DNA of 64,000 nucleotides from Amoebidium appalachense (lineage: Eukaryota > Protista > Ichthyosporea), in assembly GCA_963693365.1 (NCBI GenBank), contig CAVNZM010000001.1, positions 13,936,418 to 14,000,417 on the forward strand, written 5' to 3'. Made by a program: the position numbers and the translations under genes. The notes beneath the pieces were generated by a model that had not been told where the DNA came from, ran no database searches, and saw only the letters and a list, made by a program, of their open reading frames with translations. Of this stretch, positions 62,067 through 64,000 are shown one piece after another (the first letter of the stretch is position 1; each line of letters starts with the position of its first letter).

Positions 62067-63422
62067 CAGGAGGGGATATACGATGAAAGTCCCGAATCTA
62101 CTGTTCGAGTATTCCTGTGTTAAAGGTTGGGCACAACAGTAGTGTGTGCCTTCACATGGTGTTCGTTATTATTGTAGTCTTATAGTGTGCATCAAATTTT
62201 ACTTATTTTTATTATTATTCTCATACATCTGCACCTATTTAACATATTGGAGGTAGGCACGCGGTCCTCCCTCCCTCCTCCCCCTCTGTCTCTTCCCCCC
62301 CCCCCCCCCCCCTCCCTTCTTCCTTTTACAAGAATTTGTTGTTTTTTTTTTGTTTTTGCACTGAAATGTTATGTAAGCATGTAAAAAGAAAGATTCACTA
62401 GGCATCTTCGTGCTTTTTGGTCATGTCGATATATAATATATGACTGGCAATAGTTTCTTTCTTTTCTTTTCTTTCTTTTCTTCTTTTCTTTCTTTCTTTC
62501 TTTCTTTTTTTTTTTTTTTTAAGTTTCCATCATGTGTTGGGTAGTCAAAGAGAGTCAAGCTGTTGTCCCCCTAAACGACTTGACCGGGGGGATGGGGGGG
62601 GGGGGGGGGGGGGGGGGGGGTGCCTTCGTGCAAGTGAAAGCTGGAGCCGACTTCGTGACCATACTCAGCTGTATCGAGTAGAACCCTTGTCGGAAAGACA
62701 CATACCCTCCCATACAGAATAAGTAGTGTTTCATAAAAAAACCAGAACCGCAAATAGGCAGAACTCCATATCGAACCAAGTAAGTTAAACTATTGTTGCC
62801 TTTTCTACACAGTCTAGGGAGACATTCTACTGTAATTTAAGCTTCCCGGCGCAAAAACATTCCTGTAACATCCCCCCCCCCCCCCCTCTCACCCCCCCTC
62901 CCCCTCCCCCCCCCCCCCCCTCACCGCCCCCCTCCCCCCCATCCCCCCCCCCCCCCCCCCCCCCACCCCCACCACCTCCTCCCCTTCAGGGGGAAGGCGG
63001 GGCGGCTTGGGCTGAGGTGGGTGTCCGTCGGCAGGCAGGGTAACTTTAAACGGCAGGCAGGTTAACTTTAAAGAGGGGTTTAGGGATGTCACAAGTTCTC
63101 ATGCTTTCCCTCCTAAGATTGAAACTTCTCTTGTCCCCTCCCCCCCACCCCCCCTTTCCCTCCCCACCCCCCCTCCCCCCCCTCTCCCCCCCCTCCCCCT
63201 CCCCCCCCCCCCCCCCCCCCCCCGCCCCCACCCCCATCCCCACCCCCCCTGAGGCACAATGTCCACAAGTCCTTTCGGTTTGAGGGGTACAGGGATGACG
63301 GTTGTAATGATGGGCATGTAGGTGAATAAGGGAAGATGATTGAATGACTCACCATGCGTGTGGGGATGTCGGTGTGTGCGTGGGTGGGTGGGTGGAAGCG
63401 GGAGGGGGAGGGGGAGAGAGAC

Positions 63423-63467
<45 letters not shown>

Positions 63468-64000
63468 AGGGGGGGGGGGGGGAAGGAGAAGGGAGGGGGA
63501 GGGGGGATTAGGATTATAGGTCACGAGGCTTTAGGAAACAACCACCCACCCTCTCCCCTCCCTCCCTCCCCCCATCCCCCCCCTCACCCCTCCAACCCCT
63601 CCTTCCCCCCTCCTCCTCCCCCCCCCCCCCCCACCCCCGCCCCCCCTCACTCCAGCGGCAGAAAAAATAATTGGAAAATGGCGTAACTAACCGACATGGT
63701 TTCATCTCGACACCATGACACTCCACAATACACTTGCCTATCCTCATTTTATCCCTCCCTCTTTCCTCCCCCCCCCCCCCCCCCTTCCCCCCCCACCCCC
63801 CCCCCCCCCTTTCCCCCTCCCCCCCCCCCCCCCCCTTTTGACCCCTCTCTTCTCCCCTCCCCCCCTTCCCATCCTCACCGAATACCATGGTCCCCCCTCA
63901 GCGAAGTAATTTTATTTTTTTCCCATGAAGACGTAGAAAATGGAATTGAAACAGCCAGCCAAGAGCCCCCCTCCTCCCCCACCCCCTCCCCCCTCCCTCC

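Overview
Intron-rich eukaryotic DNA saturated with (CA)n/(GT)n microsatellites and poly-G/poly-C runs; nearly all listed ORFs are artefacts of these repeats. Reading splice sites by hand gives six genes. (1) The 3' end of an unidentified + strand gene (149-2093). (2) A + strand MFS sugar-porter gene (3290-10857) that stops after about TM7, with no TM8-12 exons found. (3) An intronless - strand gene for a ~610-aa disordered Ser/Thr/Arg-rich protein (14761-16602), followed by spaced copies of its own last codons. (4) A - strand DNAJC7/TPR2-like TPR + J-domain co-chaperone (about 25691-42015, at least 16 exons) with an interrupted 5' exon and one exon lacking an AG acceptor. (5) A complete 12-exon - strand ACSS3/PrpE-like acyl-CoA synthetase (43258-50795, 671 aa) with one GC-AG intron. 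(6) An intronless secreted protein made of six 8-Cys modules with Pro-Ala linkers (58003-59124). Mobile and repeat features are a hAT-type MITE with an 8-bp TSD, a fold-back element and a possible LTR remnant. The most notable feature is a ~155-bp dispersed repeat whose copies in or beside modelled genes all lie in the host's sense orientation and which carries CTGAGGA and GAAAC boxes resembling a hammerhead ribozyme core. The organism cannot be determined from the sequence, no database searches were run, and repeat coordinates are approximate.
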